From assembly GCF_009914755.1 (NCBI RefSeq), contig NC_060929.1: a DNA stretch of 64,000 nucleotides. One strand, 5' to 3'. Source of the stretch: the human T2T-CHM13v2.0 reference genome, Homo sapiens. Under the pieces are notes generated by a model. That model searched no databases. It had not been told where the DNA came from and was given only the letters and a program-made list of their open reading frames with translations. The first letter of the stretch is position 1. Each line of letters begins with the position of its first letter. Below, piece after piece: positions 41,518 to 54,499 of this stretch. The position numbers were made by a program, and so were the translations under genes.

Positions 41518-43279
41518 GATGACAGATTTTTTTTTTAAATGTTAAGAAGAGAATTAACATAGTGTGATCTCATTTTTATGAGAAAATGTTCACCACATTT
41601 ATAAATACTTGTGTATTTTATATGAGCTTAGATGGGTATTGAAGAATAAACACCAAATTGTTAATGCTGGTTAAGGAGGAAGACAGAAATTTAAGAGGAG
41701 AAGGGGCCTGAGTTAGCTCTTCCGTGATATACTTCTGTGTTGTTTGACTTGTTCTGGTGGCCATGTGTAGCTTTTGTGCTTTGAAAGGAGAGGCTAATAA
41801 GTTACTATTCTTGAAAATAAATAGACATGTCAATAAATTTTGAAAAATGGATATTAACAATGCAAATGTAAAAGTATCTCAGATGTAGAACAAACAAAAT
41901 AATGAACCCCATTAGAACATACTTGAGATGGTCAAACTTTGATGACTTAAAGCTGGAAAGAGGTACTACAATTAGTTTTCCTTTGATTTCAGGGACGTAT
42001 TTATTCTGCTTATCTTAAGACAGAACAGACCAAATGGTTTTGAAAGGTCCTAGATGGTTCTCAACATTTGGGTATATTCCAGGAAGACTAAGTTAATTTA
42101 GCTATTCACAGAGTGGCACATTTGACAGGGAAAATGCAAATTTGATCACTGTAGTTAGTGTTCAATTAGCCACTCAAACTGGACGGGGAGTAGTGACAGA
42201 TAAATAGATATGATGCTAGGGATACTGCAATGTATTTCACTTTTGAAAGCCTTGTTTGACTTTCTCAGGAACCTATCTAGGAGGTCGTATGAAATTTGTA
42301 TTAGATTGTAAATATTGTTTTGGTGTACCCCCAGGGGATTAAATAGCAACCACATAATATTCCTTATAATCTACTCTAAAATACATTCAATTTTAAGGAA
42401 GAGATATAGTCATCCCCAATCATCCCTAGAGTACTTTTCATGAATATTTTTCAACATGTGGGTCATGATCCATAAATGAGTCTGGAGACAAATTTAGTGT
42501 GTTGTGATCAGCATAGATCTAGATTAAAAAAAAAAAGTTTGAAAACTACTGCCTTAAATATTCCCTTCTTTTCTGCATCCTACCCCCTATGTACTGTACC
42601 AACCAGCAGGGAAAAAACACTTTCTCTCAAGTCTGGATAGGCATATCCTAGGCTGATTTTCAAGGAGCTGATTTTGTCATTAAGAAAAATGTTAAGTTTA
42701 AGTATACATTTGAAAATTCAGGAGCTAATTCTATTTTCTCTACTTCCCAGCAAGGCATTTGTTATAATGGGTAAATGGCTTTGCCTTAGGATTTCTTGCT
42801 GAGAAATAGCTCCTAAATGCCCATTTCTTGTACTGTATATTAAAACATGACATAAGAACAAGGGGGATCACAACAATAAGGTCATAAAGCTGCAATCAGG
42901 CCAGGCCCCTAAGGACTGTATTAACAGCCCAGCACTAGCAGTGGATGTACAGAGAGGAGCTGTGTGCACCCTGAGTACAACAGCTAGTAAACGTTTAATT
43001 GAAAAGTTATCTCTTGCAGCTGTGCTGCCAACACTCAGACATCTGAAGACAACTGTCAACAGAATTCTCAGGAAAAGACATCTACTATTGAAGCTCTAGC
43101 ATGTTCCTCAACACACAGAGCAAGACACTGTTCTCAAAGTCCAACAGCTAAGGGTGACGGCTCCCTTGTGCTCCAGGCTTGTACCACCAGCTGCTGACCA
43201 CACTGCTGCACCCAGAGGATGACACTTGATGTGGCCCAAACTCAACTTCCCTTCTTTCCCTGCAAACTAACCCACCCCG

Positions 43280-43965
43280 TACATCCAGCTTGCTAGGCAA
43301 TTGAACTGTCACCCAGTTCAATTAAATGAACAAATATGGGCCATGAGCCAAGTTCTACAGGCCCATTTACCCAAACCAGAGACTTGGGTATCCTTTTTGA
43401 ATTCTTCCTCCACGTCCCTCTTATCGATTTCTGCTGATCTTGCCTCACAAATCTTTCTGGAAACCATCCACTCCTCCCCATGCCAGCATCACCATTCTAG
43501 CTCAGGGTCCACTGCTTGTCTAGATTGCAGGAACAGTGTCTTCACTGGTTCCCTACATCCAGCCTTCTCTCTAAACTGTTCTCCAAAGGAAGCGTAGACA
43601 CTCTGAGGTGCATGTCTGATGACATCATTTCTCTTGCTAAAAGAGAAATATAAACAATAACAACTCTTCAGTGGCTGCCCTTCGCCCTCAGGTAGGTCCA
43701 AATTCTTTTAAATGGACCTACCTGCTCCCACCCCCACACCATCTTCAGGTGGCCTCTGGAAAGACTTCTTGAGTCCTAGTGGACCCCTCTCCTATGTAGC
43801 CTCCTAGTTCCCATAAAGCTTCTAACACACTCTTTCGGTGGCCTTGTTTCTTTGGTCTCCTCTAGTAGTCTGTAAACTCCTTGAGGACTAGCATTTTGTC
43901 TGACTGGTTTCCAACAGCTAGCACTGTGCCTGGCACAAAGGAGGCACTGAATAACCACATGTTAA
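43280..43965 (+). mobile_element. L2 3' fragment
   Basis: ctagattgcaggaacagt...ctgtaaactccttgaggac...ctagcactgtgcctggcaca...cactgaataa. Confidence 0.7.
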
Positions 43966-46900
43966 AGACTAACATTGACTAGTTCCTCTAACATGGGAAC
44001 TATGATAAAAGCTAAACCAGGCGTTGGAGGTCATTGTGTGCCTTGTGCAATGACACAATGTGGACTTTCAGCAATGGTTAGGAAACCATCCCAACAAATC
44101 TCTCAGGTACATAACCATGGAAAATCTAGGGCTAGACAGTCCAATGACTTCAGTCACACAATCTGAAAACAAAAAGGAGCACTGAAATCAATGATATAAG
44201 TCTGCTTATGATGATAAACAATGTTAACATTAAGTACATTTTGCCATTAAAGCCATTTCACATAAAGACATTATACCAAAAAACAAAATTGTTATAGCAA
44301 TTAGATTTCTTCATGATCCTTTCCATTTTTTAAAATCCATGTTTGCATTTTTCTTTAAAAAGCTGTAATCCTAACATACATATATGGCGAATTTTGTGTT
44401 ATTTTCTATAGGTTTTCTCAAGTGGGTACACAGTCTTCATATTTGTAGTTTTAATGCCTGAGTAAATGCCATCAAGTTAATGTATCATACTTAATCATAT
44501 TTAGGTAGTTTCTAATCTTTACTAATTTAAAATAATGCTGTAACAAACATAAAATGATTTCCTTCTTTTCGAATTACGAAAGAATTTTTTCTCCTTATCT
44601 TAGAAGACTATTTCACTATGTTAAACCTGCAAGAACACATACTTGGAACACCATCTGCAAAACAATACCCAAAACAGTGGGTAATGTAAGAATGGACCAA
44701 AACAGGGCTTGCAAATCAGAACACATGCAGGAAAGTGGGGTATGAGTGGCAGCGGAAGGGAAGAGAAGCTGCAGAAATGGTATTTAGAATGCGTTCCTGA
44801 ATGACACGGGAGGAGCATTTCTGGAGTCACTCTTGTCACTTAGACAGTTAACAAAGACACTACCTGCAGCAGTCCCTGTTATGGAACCAGATAAGGCAGT
44901 GGCGAGTGGACCATCTCAGTAGCTCTGAGCATGCAGCAGCTTTCCTAGCAAGGTGGCTAGGGGTCAGATTTAGACATAAAGTGTAGATGGCATTAGTGCA
45001 GCAAAGGATTCTGGCCTGTTTCCAGTAGTTGAGGTACTAGAAAACAAGAGAAAGAGCAAACAAGGGTAGATGGGGGATTGCCAGGGCAGAAGATTTATTT
45101 ATGAGGGATATATTGGGAAGGGTTAGCCAGAGAAATAATAGAATCCCAACCCACTCTGCCTATGACAAGTGGCCACTCAACCACATTTCCTCCTCACCCC
45201 CAAGTCTGGCCCTTGCAGAGATAGCTAAACTTCTGCCAACAACCGGATTCCTTTCTATAATTAAATTTAATTCAGCACTCATGTAAATATTATTTCTCAC
45301 ACTACTGTCTTCTATCACTGTTGCGTTAACCTCAACAATTTTACCATTCCACTTCCACTGTCAAAGAATAATAAAATCCTCAAAAATACCCACTCTTAAT
45401 TAACATGTTCTATTTTCTTTTCCTCCTATCCTACCCTCCTGCCTTCTACCAGAAGGCAAAGGGGATCTAAAGTCTTCCTGCAAACACAGAGCTGTGGTCT
45501 CTTGTGATTACAGTCCCATTTCTATCTCTCTCATTTATCTTATCAAAAAAAATCTTATAACAATATTTACACATACTCTAAGAAGCCAGGTAACTGTTAA
45601 GACTTAAATTCAGCAGAGCTTAAACAAAAGAAGAGCAAAAATGATCCAGAAGTCATAATTTACTGTTAAAATGCTACTATCTCATGTACCATCCCCCATA
45701 CCACACTCTTCCATGTCTCATTCAATACCTTACAGAGACCCTTTAAGAACACAGGCTGTGCTTTCAGGAATAACTGACATCCCTGTAAATCCATGTAATG
45801 TTCAGAATATAAATCCAGTGCTCTCTGCTGTCCATATAGCACCATTAATCTTATGAACAGTACCACAGAACACCCTCCCCCAGCCCCCTCCATCTGCTTT
45901 AAGTAGGGCAAGTGTTTTACTCATGTTAATGGTTCTGACAGATGAGGATCAACACTGCTTTAATCCATTTGCAGCCTAGCACAGGGAACATTTGTCTTCT
46001 CAAATGCTGTTAGGGGCAAGTACACTGGCTGTTAGTAACAGGAGAAGTACTTCAGGCAGTGCTCAGTACTCTGAAGTGACTGGCTCTGCTTTCCTCATAG
46101 AGGGAATGCAAAGGAAATTCTTCCCAAAATGGGTTCAAGATGTTCTGGCTGCCATTGTGGTTGTGTGTTGATCCTTTAAAAACAGCAGATAGTAGAATTT
46201 TATTAAACTAAGACACACTGAATCAATTTCTATTGATTTCTTTTAAAATGCCAGTGTATCTTCTCATTTACCAATTAATAACATGCAAGTTCTAGAAAAG
46301 ACAAAAATGAATGCAGTTGAATTTTTCAAAAGGATTTTGCTGCAAAATGCAACAGCCCAATTAGGAACCACACACATTTTGCAATGATATACCTAGCACC
46401 AATTTATAACACACACAGGGAACATTAGAGCCAAGGCCTGCCGTGTTTACAAGAGCATGGGCCTTAGATACAGGCACACACCTGTGTCCAAATTTCAGCT
46501 TCACCATCTTTTGTCTTCTCAACCAGCTGCTATGGGTATTGCAGGAATCCCTGGTCAAGAGACATACATACCTAAACATATACATACCTACATCTTGGTT
46601 CTGAATTACCTGAAGATGTAGCTTCAGACGATGTGCTAAATATGCCCTAGAGATTTCTATTCTCACCCCAGAAGTACAAAGAGGATTTCCATGGAGAATG
46701 AATACAGTGGCCCGACAGCCTCCTCCCCCGATTTTAGGAAGGGGTCGCCTGCCTGGTCTCCATGAGAAGTACTTCTTTATCAGCATCTGGACTTCACGGG
46801 CCCATCTCTACTACTTATCGTCACGTGTTTTTTTATTTGCCATGTTCTCATTTCTACTCCCTTTGTTTTATTGCTATTTCTTCTTCAATTCCACCCTGTC

Positions 46901-49121
46901 TCCCGTGCTTCCAATTTATAATAATAATCTTATACATTTCAAGACTTCAGTACAGTGCTTCCAGCTCAGAAATCTAATGAAGAAAAACAAATATGGCATG
47001 ACTCAGATTTATGGAATATATTGTATAGAGAACCCACCAGAAAAACCCACTTGTTACCCCTTATAGGCAGGATTACTGATTTCTTCCTTCTGCCCCTCCT
47101 AGGCTTTCAATGCTGTTCAGGGTGCCTCGATGAGATGAGAATAGATGGACAGGAGACTATTCTTCTAGTTTGGGGGCTCTTTCTTCTTCAACTTCTGGGT
47201 AAAAGCATGGCCCAAGATTGACCACTTAACAAAAATGCTTACTGACATGAGAGAAGTTTATGTTATAATGCCAGCCATTTTCTGGTAAGCCATTTTTGCC
47301 CAAGAAGAGTATACATTTACGTATATGTTAGATCTCAGCAGTATAAAAGAGATCAATTTTTCCTCTATACAATAGAGAATATTAAAACATTAATGGCATG
47401 TCTATCTGGATGTGGGATTTAAGGTAATTTTTATTTTAATATTTTTCTGACTTTCTACATTTTATATAATAGTTAACAATTACATTTTAATCAGAAAAAC
47501 AAAATAATTACGTAAAGTTACTTACGTCCTTCTAACTCCATTCAGCACCCTACTTTGAAAGTCATCATTTATGTGTTTACAGTTTAATCTAAAATCATCC
47601 AAAAGTCAACTCTAATTTTGAAGAATCAAAAGATTCCAACCTCCCAGCTTGATTAAATTAGATCAATGTTGCAATGCCCTAAAAACCTATATTCTTATAT
47701 TGAGACCAACACATCTCTATGTGAACGATGACACTTATTAAAGATAACCTAGTCTAAACTCCCAGAAACAGGCAATTTAGACTATTCCTAAACATGAATT
47801 TTGATGGGAAGCTTTGATTTTCAAAAAGGAGTTTTCCTCATTCTGCTGCTTACAGAAAGCCTGGATGTGCACAGGCCTCTTTAAGACCATTATCAGGCAA
47901 ATTTTAGACCACCACTATCGGTCAGAACACCATTACCAGCCTTGAAATGTACTGATTAGAATTTAGAAAAGGATTCTGAAGAGATTCACTTTTACTGGGA
48001 CTCAAAGAAATTTGGCTAGGTTGTTTTATTGTTTATAATCATAGAGGTAAATATTTAGGAAAATAGAAGACAACATGTTATGAACTCCAAAGAGTTATCT
48101 AAATGAGTAGGATCCAACAAAAGTACCTTGCCATCTATAACTGTAGAATACTATACAAAGGAGAGATAATGCACAATAATCTTAGCTACCTTCTGACTGT
48201 GCACCTGCTGTCAGAAAAGTGGGGTCAAATCTGACTCTGCTTCTCTGGGTTTGTTTTCTCAGCTACAGGATGAGGTAACTAGTCCCCAGAGAGGAATAAG
48301 CGAGATGTGTAAGAACAAATGAAAATATAACAAAAGGCAAACCTCAAACCAAAATGAAGATCATCTGCCTGGCGAGTTCCCTTCTTCACATATAAAACTC
48401 ACAATTACAAAACCAAAAATAGAAAAAAAGAAAGAAAACAAGCTCTCAGACACTGTGCTGAAGTATGAGTGAGTCTCCTTACCTGTGACTGCAGCTCACT
48501 GTAAATTCTGAGGCCCAGGGGGGTTTTAACAGTTGCCACGCAGATATGTTGCTCTCCAAGGACCCCATTCCCTATCAGGTGCATTATCTGCTCATCAGCA
48601 TCACTTGTTCCTTCCCACAGCTGAGCCAGGCCCTGATGTGCTAACATGGAGGAGAGGTGTCATGCTCCCTCTGTCAGCTCGGTGGGTTTAGCTGGAAGCA
48701 TCCTGTGTGTAAGGTAAAGCCACAACTCTCTTCTTCACCAGAGTTGTTCCTTACCTGTCAATTTTGTTTCTATTTAAGGGTGATTTCACCCCCACCAATG
48801 AAATGCTTTTAAGGGGGTTTTTATAGTAGAGAAGGGACTGAACTGCATTTACACACATTATACAGATTCTCTTCATTCAGTTAGTATTTACCGGATGGCC
48901 TCTGCAGCTTGGTATCTGTTCTTCCATCACTACAGTCAAGCCAGACCCAGTGTTCTAATGTGGTTAAGTGGGCACATACCCTTTTTCCTCAGACCACACT
49001 AACAAGATGGTAAGTGACTCACTCAAAACACACATATTGGGTATCTACTATGCACCAGGCATTCTGTTAGGTATGGGAGTAAAAGATTAAGATATTCTCC
49101 TAACTTCAAAAGGCAAGACTT

Positions 49122-49253
<132 letters not shown>

Positions 49254-51097
49254 TCAAAAGCTACATGAAGATACTCACAGGGAAATATTAATGCACTTGA
49301 TACTTCCTTTCACATACAACATATGTCACAGTGAGTTTTGCATTTACATGCCAGTCTTCATACCTGTTGGTGAACTTCTATATTTATCTACTTCCGGTGC
49401 CTCGCACAAGGCCTGGCACACAGGGGCACTCAATGCATGCGCATCCAATGAGGAACTGACAATCCAGATGGCGGGAAGGTATAAACACCCAATAGCCACG
49501 CTGTCACAGGAGGCTTGTGACGAGGCCATAGTGAAGGTCTCAGTAATGTGCCACAGACAGCACAGGAGAGTTCAGTGCAGTTCCCATTTGAGATAATTCA
49601 GGAAGATTTTCTTGGAGAGAAGGCATTTGAGCTAAGTTTGGGAGAAGGATTTCAACAGGGAGGAAGAATGAGAGCTGGGGAGGGTGTCCAGGTGGGCAGA
49701 GCACCTTAAATGGAAACATGATAGGATTTATACCAGGTCCGTGGCTGCCAGATGATACGCCTCACGCAGTGGGGGCTCCAGATCTCTCAGCGGCCCCATC
49801 TGCTCCTCAGTGTAATTGATTTAAAAGGTCAGCTCCCTTATACTCCTAAGACAAGAGCTCTGATTCACACCAGAGAGGTCTGGAAAATCTAAGCTGTGTG
49901 TGCGTGTGTGTTTGTGTGTGGAGGGGAAGGAGACAGAGAAATGTCTTTTAATAAGCTTCTCTAAATTTTAGCTTTTTCAATATGTGCAACTTAATTCAAA
50001 TCTATCTTTTCTTCCTTCAGGTACCAGGTCAGAGAAAATTTGTCAGACTCCTCTTAAAAACATTCTTTCTTGTCTCAGAAGAAAGGAGTGTGGATTGGTA
50101 TTATGGCCTCTAATGGAAACATGGTGACAAAGTCAGCTACCTCCCTCCCCCAAACATCCCCCTCCCAAGGGTTTTGGTTCCAAATAAGCCTGGAAGGGGA
50201 CATTCATTGGCTGCATCAAATTACAATCCCCCCTCAGCTGCATTAATTGGAATACTGTATCTAGCACACAGCAGGATGAGAGTCTCATACGCAGAGAGAG
50301 TTGGGCATCTGGAGAAGTGTGCAGACCCAAACAGCCCATCTCAAGAGCACCAGGGGCAAATGGGACCAGTCCAGAGGGATGGGAACTAGCTGGAAAACAT
50401 GACTAGCAGGGGCAAATGGTCAGAATTCTCTAGGTTCTGTCTGAAGCAAGACTTGTGGGGAGAAAGGGGGCCAAAGGAATAGAGGGCTGACACCCATTAG
50501 CCCTTTCCACATGACTGCTGCTCTCCTCCCTCCTCTGCCCGCCCCCACCCATCTTCACAATTCCCCATGCAATTTTTCGGTTGTGCAAACTGAAGCCCAA
50601 AGAGCTTAGAGGATCCAAAATCACAATGCTGGTAAGTAAAATGAAATGTCTGATGCCAAAATCAATTTTTATTCCCCTCTAAAGCTCATTAGGGGAGACA
50701 GCTGGCATTTAATTTTTAAAGTGATCTCAAAAGAACTGTAATCTCTTAACATTAGAATTTGCTCTTATAAGATTGTTTTCCCACTTATTAGCACCATGCA
50801 TTTGTTGAGACGGATTTGGATAATATCGATATTCTGACAGAACATAATGGGATAACTCAGGTCCTTAACCCAAAGCTCTGTTTCTATTTAAGATAGTCTA
50901 AAAGAGCTACATCAGCATCTGATTCTTTGCCACCTACCCTCCCTGAAACTCAACTGGTTTTCCATATGCTAAGCATAACTTATTTTTTCTGGTTTGGATG
51001 GGTTAGAAAGATGCTGGAAGAAAAATTAGACCAACTTGTAAAACTTTACTTTGCTGATCTATGGAATAGCACACTTTTCCCACATAGCAATTTAGTT

Positions 51098-51260
51098 TCT
51101 TTCTTCGTTTTTTGTTTTTTTTTTTTTTTTTGGAGACAGAGTCTTGTTCTGGCGCTCAGTGCTGAGATCATGGCTCACTGCAGTCTCCTGGGATCAAGCA
51201 ATCCTCCTGCCTCAGCCTCTCAAAGTGCTAGGATTATAGGTGTGCACAACCACGCCCAGC
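51098..51260 (-). mobile_element. Monomeric Alu (FLAM/FRAM-type or recombined)
   Basis: Single arm with poly(T); TSD atagca(a/g)ttt(a/g)gtttct. Confidence 0.82.
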
Positions 51261-53433
51261 TTATAGCAGTTTGGTTTCTATAACCCTATAGGAACAGAGG
51301 TCAACAAGGATTATTTTTATTAAAAATATCAAAAGAAGAGATGGACAGGTATAAGTAAAGTGGTTAAGTCTGAAACTGTAGAACATAGAACTTCTGGGTA
51401 AAATCCTTAGAGTCCACTGATGGAGGTATGTTAGAAGGCTAACAGCTTCAACTTCGCATCTCCAATTCTATAATTACCAACTGAAATAGATGGGCAAACC
51501 ACCTTAACTTTGTATAAAGTACTCATGACACACACTGTGCAGTGGGAGAAGTAAAGAAAATGTTAGCCTGAGAGTAACTTTGTATTTGTCTACAAACCCA
51601 AATCTTATCTCCTCCACCTTTTAACTGAAAGGGTCAAGAGAGAAAAGGCTGCAAAGGCACCAGGGAAGCTGGGGAAATCCTGAAGGATAATGAACAACCA
51701 CACCACGTTAGGCCACTCCACGTGGAGACAGCCTCTGCACGATGGTTCAAACATCAACTTAATGAAGAGAGAGTGGGCATAAGGGGTTGAATTCATCCAA
51801 CTTTGGATCCTGACTATCTAAGCTGTCTCTAACATGAGGTCCCAATTCTCTAGTAATCAGAGGGGTTGAGAGGGTGAGGAAGGAGAGTTGTAAATGGGAG
51901 TGGACTTACTTTATGCAGTCAAATCTTAACAAGACACAAGCCCTAGAGGAAACAACTCTATGGACCTGAAAACTGCAAACACACACACACACACCATACA
52001 AATTGTTCTGACCAGCAAAGAAGGCATGAACACTTGACTTCCTAACAAGGGTCCACAGGCAGAGACCATCTATCTTGTTTGAAATTCTTAAAATCCTGGT
52101 TACATGATTCTAAAATTCCTGGACACATGATGTCCCAACCAACAGGAGATTAGAAGTAGCAGATTGAAAGGCTAGAGAAAGCTACACAGATATCAGCAAG
52201 AACTGACAGCTGACAAAAAGGTAAGAAAGAGAATCATTATTCTCAAAAGTGAGCATATTTTAAAACTCAGCAGTCTAGGAGCACTGAGAGGAACTAACAG
52301 CTTTACAAACTTCAACCTCTCTTGAGTCATTGCCATCCCCAGGCATGTGAAAAATAATTACAAGTGTAGGAAAGAAATACAGCATAGTAGCATAACATAT
52401 TAAAGAGATTTAGGAATTCTAGTTCACACTAAATTCATTGAGAATGAAGCGTGCTGTAGCATGACACTCTGCAATCTTAGGGTATAGTAACAGAGGCCAT
52501 ATAAGGAAATGAATGAGGAGGTCACCCCTCCTTCAGTAAGTTGAATTCTGGATTCCTTAATTTGAGAAGAAAGAGCAATTAAGTGTATATTCAGATGAGA
52601 GCCACCAAGACCCTGAGGAGATCTGAAAACAAGGACTGTATGATTTTTTTTTAAGTGCAATGACAGTGGCATTGAGGGGCAACAATGCATAAACCTAGTT
52701 TGTGGGACTGACTGAGAGCTGCTGCTGAGGCAGCATAGAGGTCCCTGGGATTTCCGGGGTATTAACATGCCTGTGCGGCAATGGATCCTTGCAACTACTA
52801 CAGGTGATCTGACCATATCTACACAGTATCCCTGGCTCAGTCTTTCAGCCCTGCTTCTCACACAGGGAAATCCAGAGCGTGGGTGGCAGGGGACGTGCCA
52901 GCAGGAACTTGAAAACACAGTAAGTGCAGCTCCAGGGGCTATAGACACATTTTGTTTGATTTGCAGTCTCCCTTACACCCCCTCATTTGGGCCTGTTTTA
53001 AATATGAATGGGTTTGATATAAAAATGTGTTTCTGAATTTCCCAAGGCCCGCAGCAGCCATGGCGACAATGAACTAGAAATGCGGTCAGCCTCCCTGTTT
53101 GGCTACTGCCTTCCAAAATTAACACCACTTATTTTTCAACAAAAACAAATCAAACCTCCTAGTCTACTTCATCTATTTAACCTGCCCTGCCTGGCACTTG
53201 AGTGTGTAAAGCCTGCCCTACAGCAGCACTTGATGTAAATGCAACTTAAAATATTTTTATATTTAAGATCAACACATATATTAGAGAATAAAGCAAAACA
53301 CATACTAGAGAAAACATCTACCTATTAGCCCTGGGATGTCGAAAAAGCTTCAAGCCTATGTACCTTTTCAAGGGTCACCATGGGCACTTTGCTTACTGAG
53401 GGGTAGAAGTTTCCTATCTTGCTTTATTTCAGA

Positions 53434-53620
53434 GCAGTGGTTCTCAACCACATGCAAGTTTGTTCCCAAAGGACATTTGGGAACAATGTCTGCAGACATT
53501 TCTGGTTTTCACAACCGGGGGAGGATAGGGGGAGCTACTAGCATCTACTGGGTAGAGCCCAGGGATACTGCTAAACATCCTACAATAAACAGGACAGCCC
53601 CCACAACAATAATTATCTGG
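53434..53620 (+). mobile_element. MER20 (hAT-Charlie), 3'-truncated
   Basis: cagtggttctcaacc...ggacatttgg...gggatactgctaaacatcctacaat...aattatctgg. Confidence 0.88.
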
Positions 53621-53810
53621 CAGAAATCCTACTTTAGCAGAAATCCTACTTTAGGAAAGTTTTCAGGAAGTGCTGGCCTATAAGATACAGGATACTTTGA
53701 GGCTCCTCAACATCTGCCCCAACCAAACCATTCCAAACTCATTTAAACTTTCACCTCCTATAGTTTATCCTCCACTCCTCATATGCCCCATCACTACTAG
53801 CAGTTTTTTT

Positions 53811-54042
53811 CAACTTTCACCTCCCAGGTTCAAGCAAGTTCAAGCAATTCTTGTGCCCCAGCCTCCTGAGCAGTTGGGATTACAAGCATGCGCCACCATG
53901 CCCAGCTCATTTTTGCATTTTTCGTAGAGATCGGGTTTTGCCATGTTGGCCAGGCTCATTTTGAATTCTTGGCCTCAAGCAATCCGCCTGCCTCGGCTTC
54001 CCAAAGTGCTGGGATTACAAGTGTGAGCCACAGCACCCGGCC
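53811..54042 (-). mobile_element. AluS lacking its 3' end and tail
   Basis: Begins mid right arm; internal gttcaagcaa duplication. Confidence 0.88.
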
Positions 54043-54174
54043 TCCTCTGTTTCCTTTTAAGAAGATGAGGCTAAAAGCACTGTCAACTCACTGGGTTGTT
54101 CTGAGGATCAGAGGAACCCAGGATATTTCAGGGCTTAGTCAAGAGTTTTCCATGTTCTGGGGCTCCCAAACTTA

Positions 54175-54499
<325 letters not shown>

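Noticed and set aside
52424-52948. 174-aa minus-strand ORF
   Set aside because: No domain or splice support; length is within chance for 64 kb in six frames
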